64,000 nucleotides of DNA from Lytechinus pictus (taxonomy: Eukaryota), in assembly GCF_037042905.1 (NCBI RefSeq), contig NC_087251.1, forward strand, positions 3,536,001-3,600,000. Direction: 5' to 3'. A program made the position numbers and the translations under genes. The notes under the pieces were generated by a model, which worked only from the letters and a program-made list of their open reading frames with translations, was not told where the DNA came from and did not search any database. Shown piece by piece: positions 40,593 to 54,331 of the stretch (position 1 is its first letter; each line of letters starts with the position of its first letter).

Positions 40593-41231
40593 TATGGCAG
40601 TGTGTCCAAACTTCGCGCGTGTCCATACTTCGCAGACGGTCCTTATCTCAAAAACTAGCCAATATCCTTAAAATCTGACATCATCAACGTGAAAAGCGAC
40701 CTAAAATTACCGTATAATGAAAATTTCTTTAGGATGAGTTCAGTATTCATGAAAATATTGGCAAAAGATCGGCAAATTTGTCACCGCTAGCGCCCGTTTT
40801 GAAGAAATCACAAGCATCACGATATCACCATTTTGCAAGCAGAAATCATCAAAAATGTGAGTTAAATGTGGTACTAACCGATTCTATAGCATTTTGCCAT
40901 CAATCTGATATAAATATTTCACCTTTTGAGCTTGAGTTTTGTTTAAATCTCCACAAAAGCTTTGGTGCGCGAAGTTAGGTCACACTTTTCTGAACGGTTT
41001 TCCAGGACAGCCCGCATTCGCCGATCGGAATAGAATTTTGAGATCGCGATACCGGCGAAACCCCTTGACCTACTTTACATTTTCGTCCATGATTTCATAG
41101 TTTATGATCTTGCCGTCAATGTGGTAACTATTTCTTGAATTGGTTTTGTATAAATTATGAATATTTTGTGAACAAAATTATGCCTGATGAATATTTTTGA
41201 AAAGTGCGCGAAGTTTGGACACCCCATCATA
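40593..41231. mobile_element. MITE (~640 bp) with TIRs ..GTGTCCAAACTTCGCGC; TA-flanked, possibly Tc1/mariner-like
   Basis: tatggcagtgtgtccaaacttcgcgc ... gcgcgaagtttggacaccccatcata. Sibling copies at 41284-41920 (inverted) and 42120-46215 (interrupted). Confidence 0.75.
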
Positions 41232-41283
41232 CTGACCGTACTCATTTACATTACAGTTAGGCCCCTACAGTTAGGCCTAGATC

Positions 41284-41920
41284 TGTGATGGGGTGTCCAA
41301 ATTTCACGGACTTTTCATTAATAAATATACCGATTACCGGTACCGGTATGTATCTATCAGGCTTAAAATTGTTCACAAAATATTCACAATTTATACAGTA
41401 ACAAAACCAATTCAAGAAATGGTTACCAAATTGACAGCAAGATCGTAACTTTATTCTAGGGGGTCTAATCATTGATGAAAATGTGAAGTAGGCCAAATGG
41501 TTTCGCCGGTATGGTATCGCGATCTCAAGACAAAATTCTATTCTGATCGACGAATGCGCGCTGTGCTGGAAAACCGTTCTGAAAAAGTGTGACCTAACTT
41601 CGTGGACCAAAATGTTTGTGGAGGTTTAAACAAAAACCAAGCTCAAATGGTGAGATATTTATATCAGATTGACAACCAAAATGCTATAGAATCAACCAGT
41701 AACACATTGAACTCACATTTTTGATGATATCTGCTTGCAAAATGATGATACCGTGATGCATGTTGAGAACATCCAATTTCTTTGGAACGGGCGCTAACGG
41801 TGACAAATTTGATCTCTTGATCTTTTGTCAATATTTTCATGAATACTGAACTCATCCTAAAGAAACTTACGTCGAAGGGTAATTTTAGGTCGCTTTTCAC
41901 GTTGATGATGTCAGATTTTG
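41284..41920. mobile_element. Inverted, truncated second copy of the 40593-41231 MITE
   Basis: Starts tgtgatggggtgtccaaa. The interior is the diverged reverse complement of 40670-41229 (e.g. aaaatctgacatcatcaacgtgaaaagcgacctaaaattacc). Confidence 0.8.
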
Positions 41921-42280
41921 TCCGTTAATAACCGCAGTTGGATAATCGGAACACAGCTATCTTATACATGTACAGCATACAGGTATCAATATCTATCATT
42001 TTAACTCCATAAAAAAAAGATGATCATGATGATGGGGTGGACACTTGCACATATCCAGTACAAAAGTAGATCTAATCAGGGTAAAATCCATCAAGAAATA
42101 TATTTTATACCAAACCAGTTCAAATACATGTATTAGCCAACAAATTGACAGCACGATTGTATACTAAAAATTTATTGATAAAAATGTGAAGCACATCAAT
42201 GGGTTTACATGTGGCTGGTATCGCAATCCGACTCGAGTAAAAATTCTACATGTAATGCTGATCGAAAAGTGTGTGCTGTG

Positions 42281-42767
42281 CCCGGGGGGGGGGGGGGGGG
42301 GGGGGCACTCAAATTATTTTTTGATGGGGGTGTGCTTCACCAAACTCTGAAATGGGGGTCTAAGGAAGTGACTACAAACGGGTCATTGGAACTAAATATA
42401 TACCGCGGTGTGTGAAAAAGGGGGTCTACGGAACGGGATCGCGGCACTGTAGATACGGTCAATGGTATCTTTGGTACGGTGCACACTAGCGCTGTGCATG
42501 CGCTAGCCATGCATGGAGCGGCTACTAGTTATGGACGGAATTGCGAAGCCGTGCGTGCATCTCTCACATGTGGCGATTGCGCTCGACAATTTTGGCAGGG
42601 CTGGGGAACTGAGATGTCTCGTAACGGGGGTCTTGCGCGAGCGGGGCTGGGCGGCTTCTGAACTGAACCTTTGTCATTCGTGGTATCTAGAAAACTGAAA
42701 ATTAGTCTGAAAAAGGGAGCCATCAAAGCGGCAAGTCACCGTACCACCAATATATGTGAGTGCCCCC
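42281..42767. mobile_element. MITE with CCCGGGGG..GCACTC / GAGTGCCCCC ends
   Basis: Inverted ends GGGGCACTC ... GAGTGCCCC, flanked by a repeated TGTGCTGTG (42272-42280; 42768-42776). It interrupts a third copy of the 40593 MITE. Confidence 0.7.
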
Positions 42768-43000
42768 TGTGCTGTGCTGGACACAGTTCTGAAAAAGTGT
42801 GACCTCATTTGGGTGCATGGGAGCAGGGTTGTAATAAAAAACGTTTTTTATTTAAAAAAACGAAAAAAACGTTTTTTATTGTTTTAAAACGTTTTAAATC
42901 GTTTTAAAATGTTTTTTTTCCAACGAACGATGAAATTTTCTGTAAATCAATTAAACTATACACCTAATACAGTACAGTTTAAGCTCTTGATGTTTTTTTC

Positions 43001-43150
43001 AATTCAATTCAATTCAATTCGGTTTATTAGATATAAAACAGAATACAATGCTGTAGTCCGAAGACTAATTGTGCAATGTTTACATTGATTATTATTTACA
43101 TTTGAAGATTGTATATACACTTAAAAAAATGATTCACATATAAATGAGAA
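43001..43150 (-). mobile_element. Possible 3' tail of a non-LTR retroelement
   Basis: On the minus strand, AATAAA is followed immediately by (GAATT)4, the typical tail format of CR1/L2-group elements. Extent unknown. Confidence 0.35.
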
Positions 43151-44076
43151 ACAGTTGGTTGATTAATTGAGTCATGCATAAGTGAGATTTCAGTAGATAT
43201 TACTAGCAAGAATTCTGATAATTGTGTATTGGGGAAAAACCTGTTTTAAACTTACAATTATACAACAGAAAGGTCAGAAATATAATTCAGATTTGATATT
43301 CATTATGAAGAGATTTAGAATCAAGTTATTGCAACAGGATTAATCATAGTTATAGAACATTTAAATAATAATAATAACCTTTGAGATATGAAATCCATTA
43401 AGAATGGAACCAAGATTACTTTGAGATATGCGATTGAGGCTGATAAAATAATTCATAATAATTCTAAAGAAAATCAAAATTAACAATTAATGAGAACAAA
43501 TACATGCATATAAATAAAAAAAATCATTCATATAGCTAAACATTTACAACTGAGCATTGACCAGTTTGACAAGTGAGGGTGCACTTGATTTCCTATATCG
43601 TTCAGTTCTAGTATAAGGAAGGTCCAAGTGATGGGAATTCCTCAGTCTACCTCGCGAGACATGCTGCCGTTCAGCAGGTAGCAAATGACGATAAAAGAAT
43701 TTTAAATACATTTTTGGAGTAAGTAAGATATAACTACAATTTTTGTTACTGACTTTCCAATAGAAAAGTTCATATTTTCCCCCAAATTACTCTAAATCAT
43801 TGAAATTGAATGCAAAAAAGTAAGTTGACATTTTTTAAGTTCATTCCTCATACATATTATACATACATACTTTTGAGTCTTGTCAATCTATAGGGGTGAG
43901 AAGAATTTGCACAATGTATTAATGAAATAATCTATAGACTATGGGCTTTCAAAGCTTAATTTCATTTAATCAATATGCTTCATTTCATATTAATTAATTA
44001 TACAGATTTTAGTGCACGAAATACAAGTTTGCGTTTAAATCTATAAATAAAGCCCTTGAACTGCTTATTTCTTTAA

Positions 44077-44662
44077 AGGACAAGTCCACCCCAACAAAAG
44101 GATGATTTGAATAAAAAGAGAAAAATCCAACAAGCATAACACTGAAAATTTCATCAAAATCGGCTGTAAAATAAGAAAGTTATGACATTTTAAAGTTTTG
44201 CTTAATTTCACAAAACAGTGATATACACATCCTGGCTTGTATGCAAATGAGGAGACTATGACGTCATCCACTCACTATTTCTTTTGTATATTATTATATG
44301 AAATGTGAAATATTCTTATTTTCTCCTCATTGTCAAGTGATACAATGATTAATTCCTCCCTGAACATGTGGAATTAGCATTGTTTAATACTATGTCGTTC
44401 AGTCAAGTTGGTCCTTATTGTCAAATCTATAAACAATGAAATATTGTATAATTCAAACAATAAAAAATGAAAGAAACAGTGAGGGATGGACATCATCGAC
44501 TGGCTCACCTAGTTGTGCATATCACTGTTCTGTGAAAAATAAGCAAAACTTAAAAATGTCATAACGTTCTTATTTTACATCCGATTTTGATGAAATTTTC
44601 AGCACTATGCTAGTTTGATTTTCTCTATTCAAGTCAGCATTTTCCTGGGGTGGACTTGACCT
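44077..44662. mobile_element. Kolobok-like MITE (TTAA TSD)
   Basis: TTAA|AGGACAAGTCCACCCC ... GGGGTGGACTTGACCT|TTAA, with long internal dyad symmetry. Confidence 0.88.
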
Positions 44663-45024
44663 TTAATTGAGGAATTCTGATCAAAATTTTTTTTTTTAAT
44701 TTAATGTTTGTTTTAACTTTTTCTTTTAATATTTCTTATGTGCAGTTTTTTTGGTTAGTTTTATTTTTTTCAATTGTTTTTTTAATGGAAATTATTGGCA
44801 ATAATTTTCCAATCATGTAAAAATTTGCATTGGCTTTTTACATGAAATCACGTTATTGAGCAATTTGGGGTCTGATATGCACTTGTGTAATATCATAATC
44901 GCATACCCATGCATGCATCCCAAAAATAGTCTGAACAATATGGCGTGGCACGGTCGTGCTTATGGATTAATCATAGAAATTTTTTTAGGGGGCCATTACA
45001 GTCCCCTGGGATTGTTAGGGTTAA

Positions 45025-45564
45025 AGGTCAAGTCCACCCCAGAAAAATGTTGATATCAATCAGTTGAAAAAATTCAAACAAGTATAATGCTGAAAATTTC
45101 ATCGAAATCAGATTTAAAATAAGTTACGGTACATATATGACATTTTAAAGTTTGGCTTATTTTTCACAAAACAGTAATAATATCTCAGTGATATGCAAAT
45201 GAGACAGTTGTGTGATGTCCCTCACTCACTATTTCTTTGTTTTTTATTGTTTGAACAATACAATTTCAGATTCAGATTTGATAATAATGACCTACATGTA
45301 CTTGACTGAATAAAAAAAATAAAAACAATGGTAGTTCCACATGTTCAGGGAGGAATAAAACTTTATCTCACATGGCAATGAGAAAATAACGAAATACAAA
45401 ATAGTGAGTGATGTCATCAGTCCCCTCATTTGCATACCAACCAAGATGGGCATATAACTGTTTTGCAAAATTAAGCAAAACTTTAAAATGTCATAACTTC
45501 ATTATTTTACATCCGATTTTGACGAAATTTTCAGCATATATTTTTCTTGGGGTGGACTTTTCCT
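45025..45564. mobile_element. Kolobok-like MITE (TTAA TSD), opposite orientation to 44077-44662
   Basis: TTAA|AGGTCAAGTCCACCCC ... GGGGTGGACTTTTCCT|TTAA. Confidence 0.88.
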
Positions 45565-47774
45565 TTAAGGTTTGCTAGATGACTATCTTATACTGAATCA
45601 AAGTACTTACCTTCATTTTTACGAAGCGCAGTTACACCTGCTTTTGTGTGTACCTCAAGAATACAATGTCAGTTTTACAGTCTAATTGTAAAATGTTATT
45701 ATGCTTGTGCAACACTTCCATTTTATTCAAGTACTACATATTTGAGCTTATTTTAAATACATTGTAGTGTTTCTTTATCTGTCTAAAAAGTGAGCACAAC
45801 ACTCGGATGTTTGTTATAACGAGAATATTCTAAAATGAAAGGGGTAATAGATTTGATGTGCACAATGGAACAAGAGGATTTCAAGGAACATGACAAAGAT
45901 GGAGAAAGGGGGAATAAGGGGGAAAGACAGAGAAAAGAGTGGTGTTGAGAAAGAGATTTAGTTAGAAGAAAATAATATACATGTACCTCTTAAGAAATAA
46001 AAGTATAAAAAAATATTCATCTAAAATCACATCCATGACCATGCATATTTATTACACAGAAGTCTATGAGGTGTTTTAAAACATGTTTTTTTTGTAAAAA
46101 AAACTGGTGTTTTTTAAAACACACTGTTTTAAACGTGCCAACCCTGCATGGGAGTTTGTGGAGATATAATTTTAAACAATAATTTGAGCACCAAAGGTGA
46201 GATTTTTATATTAGATTCAAAATTTTGAAATCACAATCTTATGGTATCAGTACAAGCAATGCTACATGTAAACATGAGGAATAAAGTAATTAAATCTTTT
46301 TATAGAATTTGTTAAATGAATGAAATGGAACTGTGGAAAAACGTGTAAGGAATATCTCTAATACTTCCATTTTGTTCATTCAAAGTGGGAAATTTTTTAT
46401 TAGATCTATGTGAAAATTCTACTTGGAAAATAAAGTCTTTTAACCATTTTAGATTTATTTATTTTTATTGGCACACTGGTTCTGACAAAATCAAAACCAG
46501 TCTCAACGCAATCACTTGGTTGACCATCCAGACTATGTAGATACATATCAAGTTTCAAGCTTTTTTCCAATTCTACAAAACATTTACATGTCATCAATGA
46601 AGTAACAATGAATTAAAAATAATTAAAATGCAGAACTGAGGTGTGATCTATTAAAAAGCACAGTGAGACATAGATCACATGTGAAACATATATACAGTGC
46701 AAAGATACATAAGAGTATAAAGCAAACAGAATAGGAGAGAAGAAAGTGTAGAGTAATAGCTTGTAATGCTATCAGGAATGGAGATGTTTTAGAAAGTATT
46801 TGTAAGATATTTTTTAACATCCTACATTGCCTGGTTTTATATACTTTGATAGTGCTTAGTCTTTTATTGAGAGTAAGGTAGAAATTAGTGATTAACATAA
46901 TAATCTGGTATACATGTAGAGTCACAATTTATTTAGTATCTGTATATTAAGTAAAGGCAGCAAAATGTTTTCTCTGGGGGTTTCCACTTTTCAACATCAC
47001 AAGACGCATGCATATTCCATGAATATGCCACCTTCAAACCTGCATGTAATATCGAGGAGCTTGGTCTCTGCCTATCCATCTGATAACATTGAATTCAGAT
47101 GCTGATTGGAAGGAAACTGAACAAGGCTAGGAAGCTGAGAAGACTGATTTGTTGAAGCGAAAATTCCCAGAGAAGAGATCAGTCAATCAACCCAGTTGTG
47201 GTAAAGAAAACAATGCAACCTGTTGTCCAATTAATATTTAAGATAAGATTTGTCTCTTTGTGAATGATATTGTTGACTTTTGAATGTTCAATATAGAGTA
47301 TAAACTAAAAAGGATGAAGAATTAAAATTTAAATTTTCCAAACAATTTTATTGAAATGTTTAATAATTTGACTCGAAAAAACTGTCTCTCAAGTGACAAG
47401 TGCACATGTACACAAAAGCATGTGTGCTGACAAGATCTGCCAAATTTTGATCGTTAATTATAAACCATCTTTTTCTAACTTTCTTGTAAATTGATTTATG
47501 TTTAATATGGAGCTAGGAAGCTGCTGTATTTCTTTTTTTTTCCTTGAATTGTTTTAGGTGTCACGCATGTAAAACATTCCCCATAGACTTGTGTGTTAAA
47601 ATGACACTATTGAAAAATTCATAAAAAATAAATGTGAAATTAGAGGGTCGAATGTTTACTACCATTGGATAGGATATATCTCTGACATTCCATATCTGAC
47701 AAGAGAAGGGTATCGTAGCCAGCTCATTTTAAAAATAAATCGCCGTTTATGAAGGTAACTATGATGGGATCAAA

Positions 47775-48010
47775 TTTATCAACTCAAACAGTAAAATAGC
47801 CCTAATTCTTCCACCAGTCAAAAAATAGTTCCAAAGTCATTGATATGTCTTCCCAATTTGGGCAAAAGAAGTTCAGTAGTTACCATTTCTAGAATCAGTG
47901 TTAGATTTTCAATTATATTCATACACTTTTGTCAATCAGCAATATCAAATCGAAAAAAATTTGAATGGGTTGTGTCGAACAAATATCTTTAGCCTTCCTG
48001 TTGTAATTAG
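47775..48010 (+). repeat. Dispersed repeat fragment homologous to the inner inverted repeat of the giant element
   Basis: aaacagtaaaatagccctaatt...aaaaatagttccaaagtcattgatat..cttcccaatttgggcaaa.gaagttcagtagttac.attt.tagaatcagtgttagatttt matches 27442-27670. Confidence 0.85.
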
Positions 48011-49773
48011 GCTCATGGAACCTTCAATGTCTACAGGTTTTTATAATGAAGAGAGCCCTCTAGTGCTGGTTTTGATAATATGCTTGCTTTCCGATTAATT
48101 GTTCAGCACTAGCTTACAAGAGAATAGTTAGTGTCATACTAGGCAGTATTAGATGCACATGATCTGGTAAATGAAAGGGTAGGAAGTGAGGAAGGTTAAA
48201 AATAGTTTGTTGCTAATGTGTCACACACAGATGGAAGGTACAGTAAAGGGTTGTAAAGAAGTTTCATATTCATAGAGGCCTATATTGTAATTTCTTTTCA
48301 GGAGGGGGGGGGGGGGGGGGTCATTTGCATTGAGTATTATATGAATTGGTTTGTAAATTTTGAGGGAGGAGTTTGTTTATCAGCTTGTGTTGTTGTGCTC
48401 CGGTTATTAATTTGAATGCCCCAACAAATTTTGAGAACAGTCTGTAGTTTGCAAATTGATTTTGAAGTTGAAATTTAAAGAAATTCAAGTTTTTCAACAT
48501 TTCAGTAATTACTGTATATCCTTTGAATGATGAGGAAAATGTAGGAGGAACTATCTGTTGTTCATCATTTATTTAAGAGCACTTACTGTATATTTGTAAT
48601 TTTTTTAATGTCTCAAACGGAAGTCTTGATTGGGTTTACCATCTTTCTTGGGTATGTTTTGCTGACTCATCTTACAGTTTTGTAATGAAATCTTCATGGT
48701 TGTATTAAATGCATTTTCATGTTTTTGTAGGGTTTATTTTTGTTTAGGAGCTCACATTGTTTTAATACATGTAGTTTCATCACGTTGATTGACATACATG
48801 TAATAAATGGGCATTTAATCATTTATAAATGATTCAACAATTGTAAATCTGGAATAGCATTCCTTTGTTTAAAAACTGAAATGAAAATGCTAGTTTTCAG
48901 ATCTCTGGAAATATACAGTTATGCACTGGTTCATGTATTTTTTTTATTAGGAAAGTTTCATGGGAAATGTGAAGAACATTTATTTTAGGTGTATCATGAA
49001 TTGAGTACATGTATATTGGTATAGCTTTTGTATCAATTTTTGATGACCTTGTGATGTCAGTTCAGTGAATATCTTCTCTACCAAATAAGGTAAACTAAAT
49101 ACATGATTAGTACAATGATGCACAGTTTTCTTTAGAAAATTTTGTGTGAGTGATGCTTAGTTTAAATTGATGATGAAAATACATATTTTAAGAACTCAGT
49201 ATGCCCAGTAATGTCCTATTTACATAAATTGATCATGATGTTTAATAGTTAATTATCACTGCATTTTCATTTCTATGATTATTATTTTTGGTGTGTGTGT
49301 TTTTGTGATCAATTTGGGCTACCATTTCAATCAATCAATTTCACTTTATAAAATTGTTTATTCACTTTTGAGGTTTAAAAATATAATAAGTATAATTTAT
49401 AGAGGATGAAGAGAAAATAACAAGCAATTTCACTCCCAGTTGAATAAAAGAAAAAAAGAAAAGAAAATGGAAGGATGCCACTGCTTGAACTGCTGTCTGA
49501 GCGAAGATTGCTCACTAAAAAGACAGTCACTTTCTCCTTTTTTTGGTACCGAGAGTTTTTTCTAGGGGAACTTCCTTGATATGTTAGTTCCTGGTTGTCT
49601 GTTGCTCATAGGATATTACACACACTATGATGTATAATTCACACACAGGTTTCAAGCATGAAGTGCTGAGAGTAAGTGAGTACGAAACTGAGAGGGAGAG
49701 AGAGAGTTATATATATATATTTTTAATCACTGGTTATCTGCCATTGCCGAATGAAAGAAGTGCCTGAACAGCC

Positions 49774-49776
49774 ATG
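49774..49776 (+). CDS. Putative Met-only initial coding exon end (GCCATG|GTGAGT) of the Smaug-like gene
   Basis: The ATG is directly followed by a consensus donor, and phase 0 matches the acceptor at 51723/51724. Inference. Confidence 0.4.
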
Positions 49777-51723
49777 GTGAGTGGAGTAGAGTTAACAGAT
49801 CTTTTGGGTTTTTTAATATATGATCATTTAACTTGTTGCATGTATCTTCTTTGTTTCATGTCAGCATATACTGATAGCTCTATGATTATAATTTTTTAGT
49901 GAACTTGCTTAAAAAAGGACAATTTTGCAATCACGTTTCATTTGTGATTGTAAACAGAGCCACTGAAGTGGGAACGCATTCCCAAACATTGTTGTGATCT
50001 GTGTCATCTTTGTTGATATTGAGGGGGATTTTACTTTTCATGGTGTGATTGTGAAATAAAATATAATTATAACCATGGATACATTATTTTTTTTCTTTAC
50101 ATTCCCTGATCTAATTTACTCTTTAATGCTGATGTACATGTATGCACTCAATAAGTTGGGGAAGGAGGAGTTTGTTTTGAGTAAGTTTTGAAGTGTAGCA
50201 TAGCCCTTAGTTTTTAGGACAAGTTGTTACCAACTTGATTTATTTGGGTCAGATTATCAAATGTACCATTGATTTTTATTTTGCTGTCTGGTGTAATTTT
50301 ATTGATAATTTATTGCAATAGTTTTTATTTCATTTATTTATGTATTTATTTTATATTTTTTAAGTTTTGACTGAAGTTGACTTTTCTAGTAGGGGTGCCT
50401 GTCCATATTCATATACATGCAGATACTTTAACTCATTTAGTACCATGAATCTTCTTTTTATTTTTCTTATAAATAATAATAATTACATGCAGAAAATTGA
50501 TTTCAAGTGAATTGGAAAGTGAGACTAATCACTTCAGTGTAATTCAGTAATTACACACATGGTGAAAGCGAGTAAGTTTTTTCTTTGTACTTTGTAAATC
50601 AAGGTTGATTGAATAAAACAACTGAGTCATTTAGTGCTATTTATAATATGTTGCCTTCTTTCATACATGTATGTGCCTCACTTGTTTCCTGAAAATCTAC
50701 ATGCTTTTTTGTACATGTAGTTTTTCTTGAAATTACATACAGAAGTGACCAGATTTGGTGTATGTCATAGAACCAAATGTTTCATTTGAAAAAGTAATTG
50801 TACATGTATGTAGACCGATAGCATGCAGGTGTCTCTGTATTATTGAATTAATAGTTGTTTCATTACCAAAACCTAGTAATATACAGGTAGTAAGAAACAA
50901 TCTTGGGACTTTGATATACATTTATTTTCATGTCAGTTATTAAGTCATCCAGTAGCAAATTGCAAGTATATTTTATATAATTTATGCTCACAAGATCATC
51001 TACTGTAGGAATATTGTAAATAGTAAATTAGTCATATACAGTTTGAGTGAACAATGGCAGCTGAAGATAAGTAAGGTTAAATGCGGAGGATACGGTATGT
51101 CTTTCAATTCTAATATGCATGAAGTTTGCCAACTGCCAAGATATAACAACCCATTGTGAAGATTCAACATCTTAGAAAAAAAAGAATCAACATAATTTTG
51201 TAGCCAAGAAAGATTTACTATTTAGCCAAAGTGGGCCTCTGTGAGGCTTAAAAATAATATCAGTGCAGAAATATTGCATTTACATTGTTTATGATATTAG
51301 TGTTTTCATTTGCTTCCAAAATGTAAATTGTATCATTCATGTACTATTTAATAGTATCTTGTAAACACCATTTTCTGTGATAAATATTGAACCACATATA
51401 CAACCTGATAATATTTATATCTCTTGTGTATTGAGATGAACATCATGTTATTCCCACATTCATTATTTGGGAATTTTGTATCCAACTCTTCTTGAAATTA
51501 TTTAATATTCTAATTTTCCTCTAAAAATTTTCAGCTGATCTACATTTATAGATTTTCTTGTTTCTAATAGATTTTTTCAAAATTGCTTTCTTTGTATAAG
51601 AAAATCATGCACATATGTAGGCCTACCCCACCTATCAATACTGTGGATGCATTTATTTGGCAATTCAATGAATTAATAAAGCATTAATATGATTCTCCCA
51701 TTTTTCTTATCGTTTTTGAGCAG

Positions 51724-52126
51724 AAAGGCATACAGAAATTACCGGAGCAGCACCAGCTAAGCAGCTTATTCCCCATCGTAGACCACTGGAACCCGTTTGG
51801 TAGCTATGATGGTAGGCAAGTGAAGGGTTTTGACCCCCATTCTTCCTTCAACACTACATCTTCTTCACCCACAAACAACACCAACACCTGTAAAGCCAAA
51901 CCATCTGTACCTACTAGCAGTATGAAACCAACAGACCTATTCAGAGATCAGGTCAATGCTCTTTGGTCCTGCTTCAAGGACTGGAATGAATGTGAGCAGA
52001 CCCTGGTCCTTTACTCTCTCCTCAAAGGGGTGTCTGGAACTCAGGCTAAGTTCCTGTCCCTGGTGCTAGATCAGGCACTTGCAGAGTCAGACCTTCAACA
52101 TACAGAGAGAGAAGCAAATGATCCTG
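51724..52126 (+). CDS. SAMD4: N-terminal coding exon of a Smaug/SAMD4-family RNA-binding translational repressor
   Basis: Translation LFRDQVNALWSCFKDWNECEQTLVLYSLLKGVSGTQAKFLSLVLDQALAESDLQHTEREANDPG closely resembles the conserved Smaug/SAMD4 N-terminus as I recall it (FRDQV..[28 protein letters not shown]...EREAN.PG). Polypyrimidine tract plus CAG acceptor ending 51723. Donor G|GTAAGT at 52126/52127 (phase 1). In-frame ATG at 51922. The frame is open from 51724. Confidence 0.92.
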
Positions 52127-52212
52127 GTAAGTACTCTACATGTATTGCACTATATAAATCTGTTCATTCTATCACCTGTCTAATTATATTATACACATAC
52201 ACCAGTATGTAA

Positions 52213-52480
52213 AATGGCAGGTCCACCCAAATGAGAACTTAACTTGAATAAAAAGGGAAACTAAAACAAGATTAATGCTGAAAAAATTAAAATGAGAGTT
52301 AAAACATTTCATTTTGTTCTTAATTTTACAATTAAACAGTTATTATGCATATCCTGGTCAGTATGCAAATGAAGGAATTGATGGCATCATTCGCTCACTA
52401 TTAAAAAAAATATATATATGAAATATGGAATATTCTAATTTTGAAACAATTCTTTTTTTATTCTTCCTTGAACTGGAACA
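52213..52480. mobile_element. Degenerate partial Kolobok-like MITE
   Basis: caggtccaccca...tgaataaaaagggaaa...catatcctggtcagtatgcaaatga aligns with 44077-44380. Confidence 0.6.
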
Positions 52481-53804
52481 CATCTATAAATATTATAAAT
52501 AAAGTGAATAATTTTTCTGGTATCACATCACAATTTTAAAGACTGCTAAATAACCTTAATTGTAGCAGATTTGTTCAACTTGAAGTTACTTGAGAGCTTT
52601 TCTCTAATGATAAAAAATGTTAATCAAATTTGGTAAGTAAAATTATCCCAGTAACACATTATTTTCCCACAAAATTGAATAGGTCTTTCAATTTTCAGAT
52701 AGCAGCAAGGTACTTCTTGGTAAAATTCTTGCAAGCGGTGACAATTTTAGAGTAACAAAAACATTTAGTGGGTGTATAATTTTTCACATTTAAGGCACAC
52801 ATTGTACCCATATGGATGCATATGGTATTCAAACCGGTTTGTTCTATAAAAAGTTTGAGGATATTGGATTGTGAACTAAAGGGACTATCATACAGGACCT
52901 CACTCATAGTCTAGCCTGATAATATAGGGCTTTAAAATGTTCTCTCCCATCTCTTCAGTTGTGACAAGACAGGATATTGTCACATCTGAGTTCATGAGGG
53001 ACTCGGTTGCAAGGGGAAGTTGCCCCAGACTAGGGGGGCTAGAAATTATTGAACTCACCAACAAACCATGTGGTAATCTGAAAGATTAATACATTCAATT
53101 ATGACTCTGTATTTCCCCCATCTCAAGATAAGATGAAGATAATGAAATTGTCTTGAGTTTAAATTTGGGCTTTTTTACCGTGGAACAGAAAATTTAAAAG
53201 AAAATTTCAATCTACAATTTCACAATTGCTTTTATATTCGAACTTATTTACTATTTTTTCCCTGACAACTTGGTATCCCAATTAAAGTTGATAGGAAATT
53301 ATCTTCTATTCAACTTTTATTCTAATGTAGTAATAATAATAGATGCCCCCCCCCAAAAAAAAAAAGAAGAAAGGTGTATAGGGTGAGATCCATGTATTGA
53401 GGACTTTAACATGTATGTAAATCTGAAATGGCTATTTTAAAAGTACAGTGTGCAGTAACATCTCCTGTGGGTTTTGTTTCAAACCTTTTTAAATTTGACA
53501 CATCGTGATAAAACACAAATTTCATCGGTTTGCATAAATGTAGCCAGTTCATATAACAAACCTCTTGCTTTGTCAAAAATCTTACTTGCTTGTTGATTAA
53601 TGTAATATCAATTAGATGTAGCATACACATTTTGATATTATAATGCATTATACACACATGTAAATGTAGTTCTGACAGTCAACCTGAACTAGCAGAATAT
53701 TGAGTCAGATTTGCATCTTGCAAAGTGCAAATATGAATCCATGCTCTTCACAAAGACCATTTAATTGGTTTCCTGATTTTTCTGCTTATCTTCAAGATTG
53801 GCAC

Positions 53805-54331
53805 AAGTTCAAGTCCACCTAAGCATAACCCTGAAATTTCCTCAAAAATCGGATGTAAAATAAATTTTTAAAATGTTTAAGGTTTTGCTAATTTTTCAGA
53901 AAACAGTTATTTCCACAGATTAGTGATATTCAAATATTAAGAGAGTCAATGATGTCCCTGACTTACTATTTTTTTTTTATTGTTTGTGTTTTACAAACAA
54001 TTATTTTTTTACAGATTTGATAATAAGGCCCTAGTTGACTGAACCACAACATGTTTAAATGGTAATTCTAAATGTTCAGTGAGGAATTCACTTTGTCAGA
54101 GGAGAAAATTTAGATATTTCACATTTCATATTAAGAAAATACAATTTAGAGATAGTTAATGGATAATGTCATCAGTCCCCTCATTTGTATACCAAACAGG
54201 ATGTGATTATAACTGTCCGTGAAATCAAGAGAAACTTTTAAATGTCATAACTTTTTGATTTTATATCCAATATTGATGAAATTTTCAGTGTTATTATTCA
54301 AATTAACTTTTTGTTTGGGTGGACTTGTCCT
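53805..54331. mobile_element. Kolobok-like MITE, degenerate left end
   Basis: caagtccacc ... gggtggacttgtcct|ttaa. The interior matches 45025-45564. Confidence 0.8.

Larger units (their letters stand above)
42824..46146. mobile_element. hAT-like non-autonomous element (3.3 kb including nested MITEs)
   Basis: TIRs CAGGGTTG ... CAACCCTG. Perfect 8-bp TSD CATGGGAG (42816-42823; 46147-46154). Subterminal aaaac/gtttt repeats at both ends. Confidence 0.9.

Noticed and set aside
52127..52212. C-terminal part of ORF 51820..52212 (KYSTCIALY...)
   Set aside because: Read-through past the GTAAGT donor; similarity to Smaug ends at ANDPG.
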